Source of the DNA: a bacterium
Lineage (GTDB): Bacteria > Patescibacteriota > Dojkabacteria > SC72
Direction: 5' to 3'
NCBI GenBank assembly: GCA_022840695.1
Contig: JALHDC010000001.1
Span: forward strand, 169,281 to 233,280
Length of the DNA stretch: 64,000 nucleotides
Shown here: one piece after another, positions 1 through 8,907 of the stretch
How the letters are laid out: each line of letters begins with the position of its first letter
Numbering within the stretch: position 1 is the first letter of the stretch
The notes under the pieces: generated by a model
Seen by the model: the letters and a program-made list of their open reading frames with translations, nothing else
Told to the model about the DNA's origin: nothing
Database searches by the model: none
Position numbers and translations under genes: made by a program

Positions 1-257
1 GAACATCTGAGATAGTTACAATCGAAAAACCGTTTCCAATCTCAAAGGTTATGTTGGTATGTCCAGTATGTGATAAGCCAACAAGAGTATCTTTGAAAAA
101 AGAAGGAGAAAAGATTATTAGAGTATGTAAAAAATGTGGAAAAGATATTGTAGAAAAAATAGAGAAATCAGATAAAGCTAAGAATTCTGAGAAAAAAGAA
201 AGTACAACAAAAAAGAAAAGTACAAAAGGAACTAAATCTAAATCTAAGAAAGAATAA
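1..257 (+). CDS. rplX: 50S ribosomal protein L24, C-terminal part (5' end lies outside the window; frame opens at nt 3). Carries a CxxC...CxxC motif and a Lys-rich tail.
   Basis: Open frame from the window edge reads [47 protein letters not shown]. This aligns with the L24 C-terminus (...[27 protein letters not shown]) and sits directly upstream of rplE as in the spc operon. Confidence 0.6.
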   Translation, partial: TSEIVTIEKPFPISKVMLVCPVCDKPTRVSLKKEGEKIIRVCKKCGKDIVEKIEKSDKAKNSEKKESTTKKKSTKGTKSKSKKE

Positions 258-811
258 TGGTAAGACTATTAGAAGAATATAATAAAACAGTAAAGAGCGA
301 GATAATGAAGGAAAAGGGATATGGAAATCCTATGCAAGTACCTACTTTAAAAAAGATAGTTGTGAATGTAGGAGCAGGAGATGCCGTATCCAATAGCTCA
401 GCATTGGAGGAAATAATTGGCATTCTAACATTGATAACAGGTCAAAAACCAATAGTTAACAAGGCTAAGAAAGCTATCTCTGCATTCAAGATAAGACAGG
501 GATTAGAAATAGGTGTATCTGTAACATTAAGAGGAGACAGGATGTGGGAGTTCTTTGATAAATTAGTTAATGTTGTACTCCCAAGAACTAAAGACTTCAG
601 AGGTCTAAATCCTGATTCTTTTGATGGTGCAGGTAACTATTCAATTGGAATAGAAGATCATACAGTATTTATAGAAATAGATCCTAACAATGTAACTAAG
701 GTAAGAAGTTTGCAAGTAACAATAGTGACTTCAGCAAAAACAGATGAAGAAGCAAAGTTACTTTTAGATAAATTTGGTTTCCCATTTAGAAAAGATGTCA
801 ACAGAAGCTAA
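257..811 (+). CDS. rplE: 50S ribosomal protein L5
   Basis: 184 aa. Typical L5 sequence ([11 protein letters not shown]..., ...FRGLNP..FDGRGNYS-like core). Position follows L24. Confidence 0.95.
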   Translation: MVRLLEEYNKTVKSEIMKEKGYGNPMQVPTLKKIVVNVGAGDAVSNSSALEEIIGILTLITGQKPIVNKAKKAISAFKIRQGLEIGVSVTLRGDRMWEFFDKLVNVVLPRTKDFRGLNPDSFDGAGNYSIGIEDHTVFIEIDPNNVTKVRSLQVTIVTSAKTDEEAKLLLDKFGFPFRKDVNRS

Positions 812-989
812 AGAATACAAAGCAAGAAAGTTAAAGGAAAGTTCTAAATATAGCACTAAGGTCTACAACAGATGTAGCCAATGTGGAAGAGCTAGAGGAT
901 ATATAAGACATTATGGATTATGTAGAATATGTTTTAGAAAGTTAGCAAGTGAGGGAAGAATACCTGGAGTTAAGAAATCTATTTGGTAA
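774..989 (+). CDS. rpsN: 30S ribosomal protein S14 type Z (zinc-binding). The true start is probably the internal Met at 795.
   Basis: The C-terminal Cys4 pattern [25 protein letters not shown] is characteristic of short S14. It lies between L5 and S8. Confidence 0.9.
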   Translation: MVSHLEKMSTEAKEYKARKLKESSKYSTKVYNRCSQCGRARGYIRHYGLCRICFRKLASEGRIPGVKKSIW

Positions 990-1010
990 TTTAATTTAAG
1001 ATAAAAGAGC

Positions 1011-1388
1011 ATGAACGATACAATAGCAGATATGTTAACAAGAATACAAAATGCAATCATGAGAATGAAGGAGAATGTTAATGTACCTAACACAAAAATT
1101 AATGCTGAAATATTAAAGGTTTTGAAACAGGAAGAAATGATTGAGGATTTTAGTCAAAAAGATAACGATTTGGAAGTTATTTTAAAATATGATGGCAATG
1201 AACCTGTTATTACAAAACTACAAAAAGTTAGTAAATTAGGACAGAGAATATATATAAGGCATGGTGAAATTAAACCAGTAATGAACGGAAGAGGGATATC
1301 TGTAATTAGTACCTCTCAAGGAGTTATGTCTGGAGCTATGGCTAAGAGTAAATCCCTTGGTGGAGAATTAATATGTCAAATATGGTAA
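1011..1388 (+). CDS. rpsH: 30S ribosomal protein S8
   Basis: The N-terminus MNDTIADMLTRIQNA matches the S8 signature. Operon position is as expected. Confidence 0.95.
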   Translation: MNDTIADMLTRIQNAIMRMKENVNVPNTKINAEILKVLKQEEMIEDFSQKDNDLEVILKYDGNEPVITKLQKVSKLGQRIYIRHGEIKPVMNGRGISVISTSQGVMSGAMAKSKSLGGELICQIW

Positions 1389-1392
1389 AGAA

Positions 1393-1938
1393 ATGTCTAG
1401 AATAGGACAACAAGAAATAAAAATAGAAGAAGGAGTTACAGTAACAGTAGAAGGAAAGAAAGTCACAGTTAAGGGGGCTTTAGGGGAAATAGCAGTATCT
1501 CTTCCTGAAAATTTAAACATTCAGATTAATGAAGGAATTATGTTATTAAATACTGAAGAAGAAACTAAACAAGCAAGATCAAACCATGGAACATATAGGA
1601 TGATATTAAGTAATGCTGTAGAAGGAGTTAAAAATGGATTTTCTAAAAATCTTGAATTAGTTGGAGTGGGATACAGAGCTAGGATGGAGGGAAGCAAATT
1701 AGTTATGAGCCTAGGATTAAACCATCCTGTAGAGGTTGAACCAATAGAAGGAATACAGATAGAAGTTCCTGAAGAAACAAAAATAGTAATCAAAGGTTAT
1801 GATAAACAAAAAGTTGGAGAAGTCGCAGCGAAAATAAGAGAATTAAAAAAACCTGAACCTTACAAAGGCAAAGGAATCAGATACCAAGATGAATATATAA
1901 GAAGAAAGAGCTCAAAATCTAACTTAGGAGCTGCTTAA
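1393..1938 (+). CDS. rplF: 50S ribosomal protein L6
   Basis: MSRIGQQEIKIEEGVTVTV..KKVTVKGALG is the L6 two-domain pattern. Operon position is as expected. Confidence 0.95.
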   Translation: MSRIGQQEIKIEEGVTVTVEGKKVTVKGALGEIAVSLPENLNIQINEGIMLLNTEEETKQARSNHGTYRMILSNAVEGVKNGFSKNLELVGVGYRARMEGSKLVMSLGLNHPVEVEPIEGIQIEVPEETKIVIKGYDKQKVGEVAAKIRELKKPEPYKGKGIRYQDEYIRRKSSKSNLGAA

Positions 1939-1943
1939 AGATA

Positions 1944-2270
1944 ATGAAAAACAAAAATAAACAACAAAAAAGAGAAAGAAGAAAAGCACATATTAGAAAG
2001 AATGTAAGAGGTACATCTTCTAAACCAAGAATATTTGTTTTCAAAAGTAACAAATACTTCTATGCAGGTTTAGCAGATGATGACAAAAGCATTGTCCTAA
2101 AATCCTTTATGTGCAAAAAAAGAAGTGATGATATAATTGCTATGGCTAAGAAATTTGCTAAAGAAGCAGTAAAAAGTGATAGCTTAGTATTCGATAGAAG
2201 TGGATATAGATATCATGGATTAATAAAGACATTTGCAGATGAATTAAGAAATCAGAAAGTTAATATTTAA
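1944..2270 (+). CDS. rplR: 50S ribosomal protein L18
   Basis: PRIFVFKSNKYFYAGLADD...FDRSGYRYHGLIKTFADELR matches the L18 consensus. Confidence 0.9.
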   Translation: MKNKNKQQKRERRKAHIRKNVRGTSSKPRIFVFKSNKYFYAGLADDDKSIVLKSFMCKKRSDDIIAMAKKFAKEAVKSDSLVFDRSGYRYHGLIKTFADELRNQKVNI

Positions 2271-2280
2271 AAATATTTAA

Positions 2281-2940
2281 ATGAGTCAAGATTTTAGAGG
2301 AAGAAACAAAGAAAGAAGTGAATTTGATAAAAAATCCTTACCAATAAGAAGGGTAGCAAAAGTTACTAAAGGTGGAAAAAGATTAAGATTTAGTACTGTT
2401 GTAGTTGTCGGAGATAAGAAAGGATCAGTTGGAGTAGCCTTGGGAAGAGGAGCTGATGTCAGAAGTGCAATAGAACAGGGAGAAAGACTAGGTACAAAAG
2501 CAGTAAAAAAGATAGAGTTAATAGGAGATACCATACCTCACGAAATCAATTATAAATATGGAGCAGCAAGAGTATTACTCAGACCTGCTAGACCAGGTAC
2601 TGGAGTAATTGCAGGGTCTTCAGTTAGAACCGTACTGGAACTCGCTGGAGTAGATAATGTATATGGAAAAATTTTAGGAAGTCCAGAGCCAAATGCCAAT
2701 GCATATTGTACATTTAAAGCTCTTAAAGCATTAAGAAAAGATAGAGTTTTGAGAAAAATGAGTAAGATGAGAGACAGAATAACACTTAAGGAAGAAATGG
2801 ACAAAGAGAAACAGGTTAAAGAGGAAAAAAGAAGGAAGGAACAGAAGGCAAAGAGAAAAGATAGCAAAAAATCTGAAAACAGGGGTAAATCGAGAACACA
2901 AAATAGAGTAAATAAATCTAAAGTAAGCAAAGAAGAGTAA
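2281..2940 (+). CDS. rpsE: 30S ribosomal protein S5 with a C-terminal K/E-rich extension of about 60 aa
   Basis: S5 core (RRVAKVTKGGKRLRFSTVVVVGDKKGSVGVALGRGADV...GTGVIAGSSVRTVLELAGV) followed by the tail KEEMDKEKQVKEEKRRKEQKAKRKDSKK... Confidence 0.9.
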   Translation: MSQDFRGRNKERSEFDKKSLPIRRVAKVTKGGKRLRFSTVVVVGDKKGSVGVALGRGADVRSAIEQGERLGTKAVKKIELIGDTIPHEINYKYGAARVLLRPARPGTGVIAGSSVRTVLELAGVDNVYGKILGSPEPNANAYCTFKALKALRKDRVLRKMSKMRDRITLKEEMDKEKQVKEEKRRKEQKAKRKDSKKSENRGKSRTQNRVNKSKVSKEE

Positions 2941-3383
2941 TGTATTTAGAAAACATACCAAAAAGAACAAATAGAAAAAGCAAAGGAAAAAGATTAGGAA
3001 GAGGATATGGATCTGGAGTTGGTGGCCATACAGTAGGAAGAGGTGTAAAAGGACAGAAATCAAGATCTGGTCATAAGTCCTTAGTAGCCTTTGAAGGAGG
3101 AAATGTTCCATTCTACAGAAGAATGCCTAAATATGCCGGTTTTAAGAGTATGTCATTAACTAAAACACAAGTTATCAATATTAATACTCTCTCAGAAAAC
3201 TTTAAATCAGGAGAGAAGGTTACAAAAGAATCTCTCGTGGAAAAAGGATTAATAAGCAAGAAATCCAACGAAATAAAAATATTAGCTGAGGGAGAAATTG
3301 AAAAGAAATTAGAAATTGAAGGATTAAAAATCTCTTCTACTGCCAAAGAAAAAATTGTAAAAGCAGGGGGAACAGTTAAATAG
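2940..3383 (+). CDS. rplO: 50S ribosomal protein L15. It directly follows S5, with no L30 gene in between.
   Basis: KGKRLGRGYGSGVGGHTVGRGVKGQKSRSGH is the L15 N-terminal signature. The ATGTAA start/stop overlaps rpsE. Confidence 0.9.
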   Translation: MYLENIPKRTNRKSKGKRLGRGYGSGVGGHTVGRGVKGQKSRSGHKSLVAFEGGNVPFYRRMPKYAGFKSMSLTKTQVININTLSENFKSGEKVTKESLVEKGLISKKSNEIKILAEGEIEKKLEIEGLKISSTAKEKIVKAGGTVK

Positions 3384-3394
3384 TTTAAAACCCG

Positions 3395-4660
3395 ATGAAA
3401 AAAACAATTGAGAGACTCAAATCTATATTAAGAACGAAGGAAATTCGGAAGAAAATAATCTTCTCGATATTGATATTAATTACATATAGAATTCTTTCTG
3501 CAATCCCTGTATCTGGTATTCCTGCAGAAGCAATTGTTAAACTATTTGAAGGAACCGGCTTTGGAGATATACTTTCAACCGTATCTGGAGGAGTTTTAGA
3601 AACAGCATCACTAGTTGCAATAGGGTTAACACCATACATTAATGCCTCGATCATATTTCAATTATTAGGCACAGTTATTCCTCAATTAGAAGAATTAGGG
3701 AAAGAAGGAGCGGAAGGTAGAAGAAAAATTTCTATGTACACAAGGATAGCTACTGTACCATTAGCAATCCTTCAATCATTTGTAATCTATTCCACTTTAC
3801 GAGGTTTTGGATTAGTAGAGACTTTAAATACCTTGGAATTAGCAACTATGTCTGCTACATTAACTGCAGGTTCAATGGTTATGATGTGGTTTGGAGAATT
3901 GGTCTCCGAAGATGGCCTTGGTGGAGGATCTTCATACCTAATAATGTTGGGAATATTGTCAGGAATACCTGGAACACTAAGATCAAATTTCCTAACCATG
4001 GATAATTTCCAAAAAAGTGTCTTTACTATTTTCTCAATACTATTAATCGTCGCAGTAATTATAATAAATCAGGCCGAAAGAAGAATTAAAATACAATACT
4101 CGAGAAGAGTTCGAGCTGGTGGTGCACTGGAAAGCTATATCCCAATCAAATTAACCCAATCTGGAGTTATGCCAGTAATTTTTGCAATGTCATTTCTCTC
4201 ATTCCCACAATTAATAGGAAAATTTATTGTGAGCCGAAATTTCAATGAAGAAGTTACTGTTATCACAGAAAAGATAATGAATCTACTTGAAAATCCATAT
4301 TTCTTTAATGGGGTATCATTTCTACTAATAATAGCATTCTCTTTCTTCTATTTAACTGTTGTTTTTAAAACTGACGAATTAGCAGAAAATTTACAAAAAC
4401 AAGGTGCTTTCATCCAAGGAATTCGACCTGGGGAAAGTACATCAAAATATTTACGAAAAGTAAGTTTTAGACTGACAGCAGTAGGATCAATTTTTCTTGC
4501 TTTGCTTTCTATTCTTCCAGACATCTTTGTTAGAACAGGTTTAATCTCTGCTGCAGTATTCTCTGGCACAGGGTTATTAATCGTTGTCGGTGTTATTCTT
4601 GATGTAAAAAGACAAGTTGAATCAATGATTACCGTCCGAAGCTACGATAAATACCTTTAG
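3395..4660 (+). CDS. secY: Preprotein translocase subunit SecY
   Basis: 421 aa, ten predicted TM segments. SecY-typical N-terminus (ILFSILILITYRILSAIPVSGI) and position after rplO. Confidence 0.95.
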   Translation: MKKTIERLKSILRTKEIRKKIIFSILILITYRILSAIPVSGIPAEAIVKLFEGTGFGDILSTVSGGVLETASLVAIGLTPYINASIIFQLLGTVIPQLEELGKEGAEGRRKISMYTRIATVPLAILQSFVIYSTLRGFGLVETLNTLELATMSATLTAGSMVMMWFGELVSEDGLGGGSSYLIMLGILSGIPGTLRSNFLTMDNFQKSVFTIFSILLIVAVIIINQAERRIKIQYSRRVRAGGALESYIPIKLTQSGVMPVIFAMSFLSFPQLIGKFIVSRNFNEEVTVITEKIMNLLENPYFFNGVSFLLIIAFSFFYLTVVFKTDELAENLQKQGAFIQGIRPGESTSKYLRKVSFRLTAVGSIFLALLSILPDIFVRTGLISAAVFSGTGLLIVVGVILDVKRQVESMITVRSYDKYL

Positions 4661-4713
4661 GTTGCTAAATATCACCGTGGTATCAAGGACTATATGCTTT
4701 TTATTAACGAAAT

Positions 4714-5214
4714 TTAATATTCTATAGGTGTATTGGATTCTATGAAGTTCAATACATAGAAATCAAAGAGAAATTTGTTAGTGAATAAATATTCGGATTT
4801 GTTAGACGAGCTGGTAATTGTAACATTATTTTCAATGTATTTGTAAACAATTTTCAATTGATCTTTAGTCGTAATGATCTTGCAATTGTAAGTACTTTGG
4901 AAAAGATGTCCAACAAAATTATATTTTTTGTTGAAATATTTTGTATATCTGGAGCTAATCTTTTGCATTACAGTTGCAATATTAACTTTTCCCTTTTGTT
5001 TTACTAATATGTGGTAATGGTTTGGTAGGAGACAATATGAAAGAATATCAAAATTGTTGGTTTGGAAGTGGTAGTGTAGTAGATTTTTAAAGAATAGGTA
5101 ATCTTTATTGCAAAGAAATATTCTCTCTTTTCTATTTCCCCTGTTATATAGATGTATAAGATAGGAACTTCTAGAAATTGTTTTAAATGTTTTTTTCATA
5201 ATTAGTTCTACCAA
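4714..5214 (-). mobile_element. REP-associated tyrosine transposase (RAYT) / IS200-like Y1 HUH transposase, 166 aa, antisense between secY and adk
   Basis: HUH motif LPNHYHILV. Also RAYT-like blocks (YLIHLYNRGNRKERIF, VGHLFQSTY, IVYKYIENN). Paralogous to the gene at 21882-22313. Confidence 0.7.
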
Positions 5215-5287
5215 ATAATTATGAAATCCTGATTAACTTGCCCTGTAGTATGTTAAAAACTGTTCATTTTATTGATATAGTTATTTA

Positions 5288-5296
5288 TGTTACAAT
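5288..5296 (+). promoter_or_regulatory. Candidate extended -10 promoter element (tgttacaat) upstream of adk, with AGGAGG Shine-Dalgarno at about 5323-5328
   Basis: TGnTACAAT, then the RBS AGGAGG 10 nt before the adk ATG. The -35 is weak or short-spaced. Confidence 0.3.
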
Positions 5297-5338
5297 CTTT
5301 CTAATTAATCTTGACATAGATGTAGGAGGATAATAAAT

Positions 5339-5983
5339 ATGACACTGCTTTTTCATGGGCCTTCCGGTTGTGGGAAGGATACGCAATCAGAGCTACTGGT
5401 TTCAAAATACGTTTTTCAAAGTATAGGGACAGGGGAAATGTTTAGAAAAATGTATTCTGATGGGGATATTTCCGCAATTAAAGCACATGAGTATTGGTCA
5501 AAGGGTCTTTTTGTTCCAAATGATTTAGTCTATGAAATGCTTGGAAGATGGATAAATAATTATGATCAAGAGAAGGATTGGATTTTTATTTCTGTTGTGA
5601 GGGAAGTCGGACAAATACCTTTATTTGATTCGCTTTTGGAGGGAAAGGGCAGATCTTTGGATAAATTCGTTCATTTTGTATTAAGTGAGGAAGCTGCTAT
5701 TGAAAGAATGTCTCTTAGAAGGGTTTGTGTGAATTGTGATGCCACATATCATAGTAAATACAAGAAAGAAAAGGTGGAGGGATATTGTGATAAGTGTGGT
5801 ACTATGTTGTCTCAGAGAGAGGATGACAAGCCAGAAAAGATTGTGAAAAGACTTGCAGAATACAATAGAACAATAGAGCCGATACTCCAAGAGTATCGTA
5901 ACAGAGGGATTTTACTCGAGATTGATGCAAATCCAAGTATAGAAGTGATCCATACAAATCTTGTGAAGCTTTTGAACTTGTAA
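5339..5983 (+). CDS. adk: Adenylate kinase with a zinc-binding LID (CxxC...CxxC)
   Basis: 214 aa. P-loop GPSGCGKDTQ, LID CVNCDATYH...CDKCGT. Classical operon position after secY. Confidence 0.85.
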   Translation: MTLLFHGPSGCGKDTQSELLVSKYVFQSIGTGEMFRKMYSDGDISAIKAHEYWSKGLFVPNDLVYEMLGRWINNYDQEKDWIFISVVREVGQIPLFDSLLEGKGRSLDKFVHFVLSEEAAIERMSLRRVCVNCDATYHSKYKKEKVEGYCDKCGTMLSQREDDKPEKIVKRLAEYNRTIEPILQEYRNRGILLEIDANPSIEVIHTNLVKLLNL

Positions 5984-6057
5984 AATAGACTTTTTTTTGT
6001 TATGCTTTCTCTGTTCTCTGATAGGTACCAAAATTACCGATATTTAATTACTTTTTG

Positions 6058-6086
6058 TTGAATTAAAGGTGTTCCTTTGATATAAT
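6058..6086 (+). promoter_or_regulatory. Sigma70-like promoter (-35 ttgaat, 17-nt spacer, extended -10 tgatataat) for the infA-rpmJ-rpsM-rpsK-rpsD-rpoA-rplQ operon
   Basis: Read directly: ttgaat at 6058-6063, tataat at 6081-6086 preceded by TG. It lies about 40 nt upstream of infA. Confidence 0.5.
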
Positions 6087-6124
6087 TCTGAGGATTGTCA
6101 CTAGATTGATAAAAAGAGATTTTT

Positions 6125-6358
6125 ATGAAAGAAAGCAAAAAAGTATTTGAATTTGACGGTATTGTAAAAGAGTGTCTGCCCAACACACAGTTTCTAGTTG
6201 AAATTGATGTAGAGGGTGTTAAGCATGAGGTTACAGGTTATCTGTCTGGGAAGATGAGAATGCATTACATTCGTATTCTTGAAGGTGATAAGGTGAAGAT
6301 CGAGATGACTCCATATGATAAAGAGAGGGGTCGTATAACATATAGATATATGAATTAA
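6125..6358 (+). CDS. infA: Translation initiation factor IF-1
   Basis: 77 aa S1-like OB fold. [21 protein letters not shown]...[24 protein letters not shown] is near-canonical IF-1. Confidence 0.95.
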   Translation: MKESKKVFEFDGIVKECLPNTQFLVEIDVEGVKHEVTGYLSGKMRMHYIRILEGDKVKIEMTPYDKERGRITYRYMN

Positions 6359-6368
6359 AAATATTATT

Positions 6369-6485
6369 ATGAAAGTTCAGGCTTCTGTAAAAAAAAGGTG
6401 TCCAGATTGTTATGTAGTGAAGAGAGAAAGAAGGATCTATGTGTATTGTAAAAAGAACCCTAAGCATAAACAGAGGCAGGGTTAG
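6369..6485 (+). CDS. rpmJ: 50S ribosomal protein L36 (38 aa). Not in the ORF track because it is shorter than 60 aa.
   Basis: Manual translation gives [38 protein letters not shown], which is the L36 zinc-ribbon pattern. It lies between infA and rpsM as expected. Confidence 0.85.
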   Translation: MKVQASVKKRCPDCYVVKRERRIYVYCKKNPKHKQRQG

Positions 6486-6511
6486 TTTTAATTAATTTTT
6501 TGTTATTAAAA

Positions 6512-6895
6512 ATGGCAAGAGTAGCAGGTATAGAAATATCAAATGAGAAGAGATTGTGGGTCTCTCTTATGGATGTCTATGGTGTTGGAGAAAGTAAAGC
6601 TAAGGAATTGTGTGAGAATACAAAACTTGATGGTAATAAATTAGTTAAAGATTTAAGTGAAGTTGAACTAGATGTTGTAAGAAGGTATATAGAGGAGAAT
6701 TTCAAGGTTGAGGGTGAATTGAGACAGGGAATATTTAGGGATATTAAGAGATTACAGGATATCAGAAGTTATAGAGGTGTTAGACATAAGTTAGGTCTTC
6801 CTGTTAGAGGACAGAGGACTAGACATAATGCAAGAACAAGAAAAGGAAAGAGTAGGCCTGTAGGTGGATTAAAACGTAAATTAGAAAAGACATAA
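6512..6895 (+). CDS. rpsM: 30S ribosomal protein S13 (start taken at MARVAGIEI; the track ORF begins 12 nt earlier)
   Basis: The MARVAGIEI N-terminus and RGQRTRHNARTRKG C-terminus are S13 signatures. Confidence 0.95.
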   Translation: MARVAGIEISNEKRLWVSLMDVYGVGESKAKELCENTKLDGNKLVKDLSEVELDVVRRYIEENFKVEGELRQGIFRDIKRLQDIRSYRGVRHKLGLPVRGQRTRHNARTRKGKSRPVGGLKRKLEKT

Positions 6896-6897
6896 AA

Positions 6898-7284
6898 ATG
6901 ACAACAGTTAAATCTAAAGGAAAAAATAAGAAGAGTGTACAGAGTGGGGTTGCAACTATTCAGTCCACTTTCAATAACACAATAATCAGTATTACAGATG
7001 AAGATGGTGAGGTTTTAGGTCAGGGTAGCCCTTCTAGAGTAGGTTTTAAAGGTGCCAAAAGAAGTACAGCATTTGCAGCTACTAAAGCAGCAATTGAGGT
7101 CGCAGATAGAGTAATAAAGAAATATGGATTAAAAGAAGTTAGAGTCTTCATAAAGGGACCTGGTGCAGGTAGAAATGCTGCAGTTAAGGGTTTGGATACA
7201 GCAGGGTTGAGGATTACAACATTGATAGATAGGACCCCTATTCCACATAATGGTTGTAGACCAAGGAAGGCTCCAAGAAAGTAG
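6898..7284 (+). CDS. rpsK: 30S ribosomal protein S11
   Basis: ATIQSTFNNTIISITDEDGEVL...GPGAGRNAAVKGL matches S11. Confidence 0.95.
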   Translation: MTTVKSKGKNKKSVQSGVATIQSTFNNTIISITDEDGEVLGQGSPSRVGFKGAKRSTAFAATKAAIEVADRVIKKYGLKEVRVFIKGPGAGRNAAVKGLDTAGLRITTLIDRTPIPHNGCRPRKAPRK

Positions 7285-7303
7285 TTAATATATTTTTATA
7301 ATT

Positions 7304-7915
7304 ATGGGTAGATATACAGGACCAAAAGAAAAATTAAGTAGAAGAGAGGGAGTGAATTTACACTTAAAGGGTGCTAGATCTTTCTCTGAAAAGAATGGGT
7401 TGGAAAGAAAGCCTTTTGCTCCAGGTCAACATGGTAATCAAAGAAGACCAAGATTATCTAACTACGGTTTTCAGTTAAGAGAGAAGCAAAAAGTTAAGAG
7501 AATCTATGGATTGAGAGAGAAGAATATGAAAAAAGCATTTAAAGAGGCTGATAGAAGATCAAAGTTGTTTAACTCTGATAAAGGATTAGAATTCCTTCGA
7601 TTATTAGAATTAAGATTGGATAATGTAATATATTTAGCAGGTTTAGCTGCTTCTAGAGCTTCTTCTAGACAGTTTGTTACTCACGGTCATGTAAAAGTTA
7701 ATGGTCAAAAGATAAATATTCCTTCATTAGAGTTAAAAGAGGGTGATTCAGTTGAATTAGTAAAAGCAAAATTGGCACCAAATGAGAAATTGTTTCAAAC
7801 ACCTGATTGGATTGAGAGTAAAGATGCTAAATGTAAAGTTGCAAGACTTCCAGTTAGAGATGATATTGATGAAGGTATTAAAGAGAACTTAATAATTGAG
7901 TTCTATTCTAGATAA
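7304..7915 (+). CDS. rpsD: 30S ribosomal protein S4
   Basis: MGRYTGPKEKLSRREG...QLREKQKVKRIYG; the S4/S4-domain sequence. Confidence 0.95.
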   Translation: MGRYTGPKEKLSRREGVNLHLKGARSFSEKNGLERKPFAPGQHGNQRRPRLSNYGFQLREKQKVKRIYGLREKNMKKAFKEADRRSKLFNSDKGLEFLRLLELRLDNVIYLAGLAASRASSRQFVTHGHVKVNGQKINIPSLELKEGDSVELVKAKLAPNEKLFQTPDWIESKDAKCKVARLPVRDDIDEGIKENLIIEFYSR

Positions 7916-7932
7916 TTTTATATTTTTTTTAC

Positions 7933-8898
7933 ATGGAATCATTTAAAGACATTAAAGTCACAATCAAAGAGGAGAAGGACAACTACGGTTTGTTTGAAAT
8001 ATCTCCTTTACCAAGAGGATATGGTCATACATTGGGTAATGCATTAAGAAGAATCCTCTACTCTAGTTTAAGAGGATCAGGTATTACCAGTGTACAGATA
8101 AAAGGAATAGATCATGAATATTCTACATTAGATGGTATCAAGGAAAATGTGGTAGATATAATTCTTAACCTCAAGCAGGTTAAATTTAGAACCAAGATGG
8201 ATGAAGTATTCACTTGTAAGGTATCTGCAAAGGGAAAGAAAGTAATAACAGCAGGAGATATAGAAGTTGCGGGTGATTTGGAAGTTGTAAATAAGGATGT
8301 AGTATTGGCTGAACTCACAGACTCATCTGCTGAATTAGATATGACATTAACTGTGGAATCAGGAGTTGGCTATAAAGCTATAGATGAAGGGGAAAGAAAA
8401 GAAGTTGGTTTAATTCCTTTGGATTGTGATTTCACTCCAGTTGAAAGAATTAGTTTAAGTGTAGAGCAGGCTCGTAAAGGTCAGGAAACAGATTTGGATG
8501 CTGTTTTGATAGGAGTTACAACAGATGGAAGTATTTCTCCTAAAGATGCCTTAGTTGAATCATCAAAGATTCTGCAAGAGTTCGCAGGTAAAGTTATGGT
8601 AGCAATGGGAATGTCAGAAAAGGAAGTCTTAGAATTAGAAGAAGAGGCAAATAAAGTAGAAATTACAGAAGATGAAGTAAAGGGAGAAGATGATGAAATT
8701 GGTGCTTGGAAAATAGAAGAGTTGCCAATATCTAAGAGATCAAAGACAGGTCTTCTAGCAGGAGAATTTAAAACAGTTGCTGATTTGAGAAATACTACAG
8801 CTACTGAGTTATTAAATCTTCCTGGTTTTGGTAATAAGTCATTAAATGAAGTCTTAGAACTCTTAAATGAGTACGGTATTAATATAAAAGGTGCATAA
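7933..8898 (+). CDS. rpoA: DNA-directed RNA polymerase alpha subunit
   Basis: 321 aa. The N-terminal dimerisation domain (FEISPLPRGYGHTLGNALRRILYSS) and C-terminal CTD (LNLPGFGNKSLNEV) are both present. Confidence 0.95.
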   Translation: MESFKDIKVTIKEEKDNYGLFEISPLPRGYGHTLGNALRRILYSSLRGSGITSVQIKGIDHEYSTLDGIKENVVDIILNLKQVKFRTKMDEVFTCKVSAKGKKVITAGDIEVAGDLEVVNKDVVLAELTDSSAELDMTLTVESGVGYKAIDEGERKEVGLIPLDCDFTPVERISLSVEQARKGQETDLDAVLIGVTTDGSISPKDALVESSKILQEFAGKVMVAMGMSEKEVLELEEEANKVEITEDEVKGEDDEIGAWKIEELPISKRSKTGLLAGEFKTVADLRNTTATELLNLPGFGNKSLNEVLELLNEYGINIKGA

Positions 8899-8907
8899 TA
8901 AAAAGTA

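Noticed and set aside
911-3346. Several 60-126-aa ORFs on the minus strand (911-1093, 1521-1793, 2286-2534, 2550-2930, 2731-3111, 3113-3346) inside the ribosomal protein genes
   Set aside because: They lie antisense to well-supported r-protein CDSs. Their products are low-complexity and Leu/Ser/Phe-rich, as expected from the reverse complement of K/E-rich coding sequence. They have no RBS or motif.
5984-6124. Expected methionine aminopeptidase (map) between adk and infA
   Set aside because: Only a 141-nt promoter-containing spacer is present, with no ORF. map is simply absent from this position.
6231-6467. 78-aa minus-strand ORF covering the infA 3' end and rpmJ
   Set aside because: The real genes here are infA and the 38-aa L36 (rpmJ) on the plus strand. 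The minus ORF is an antisense artefact.
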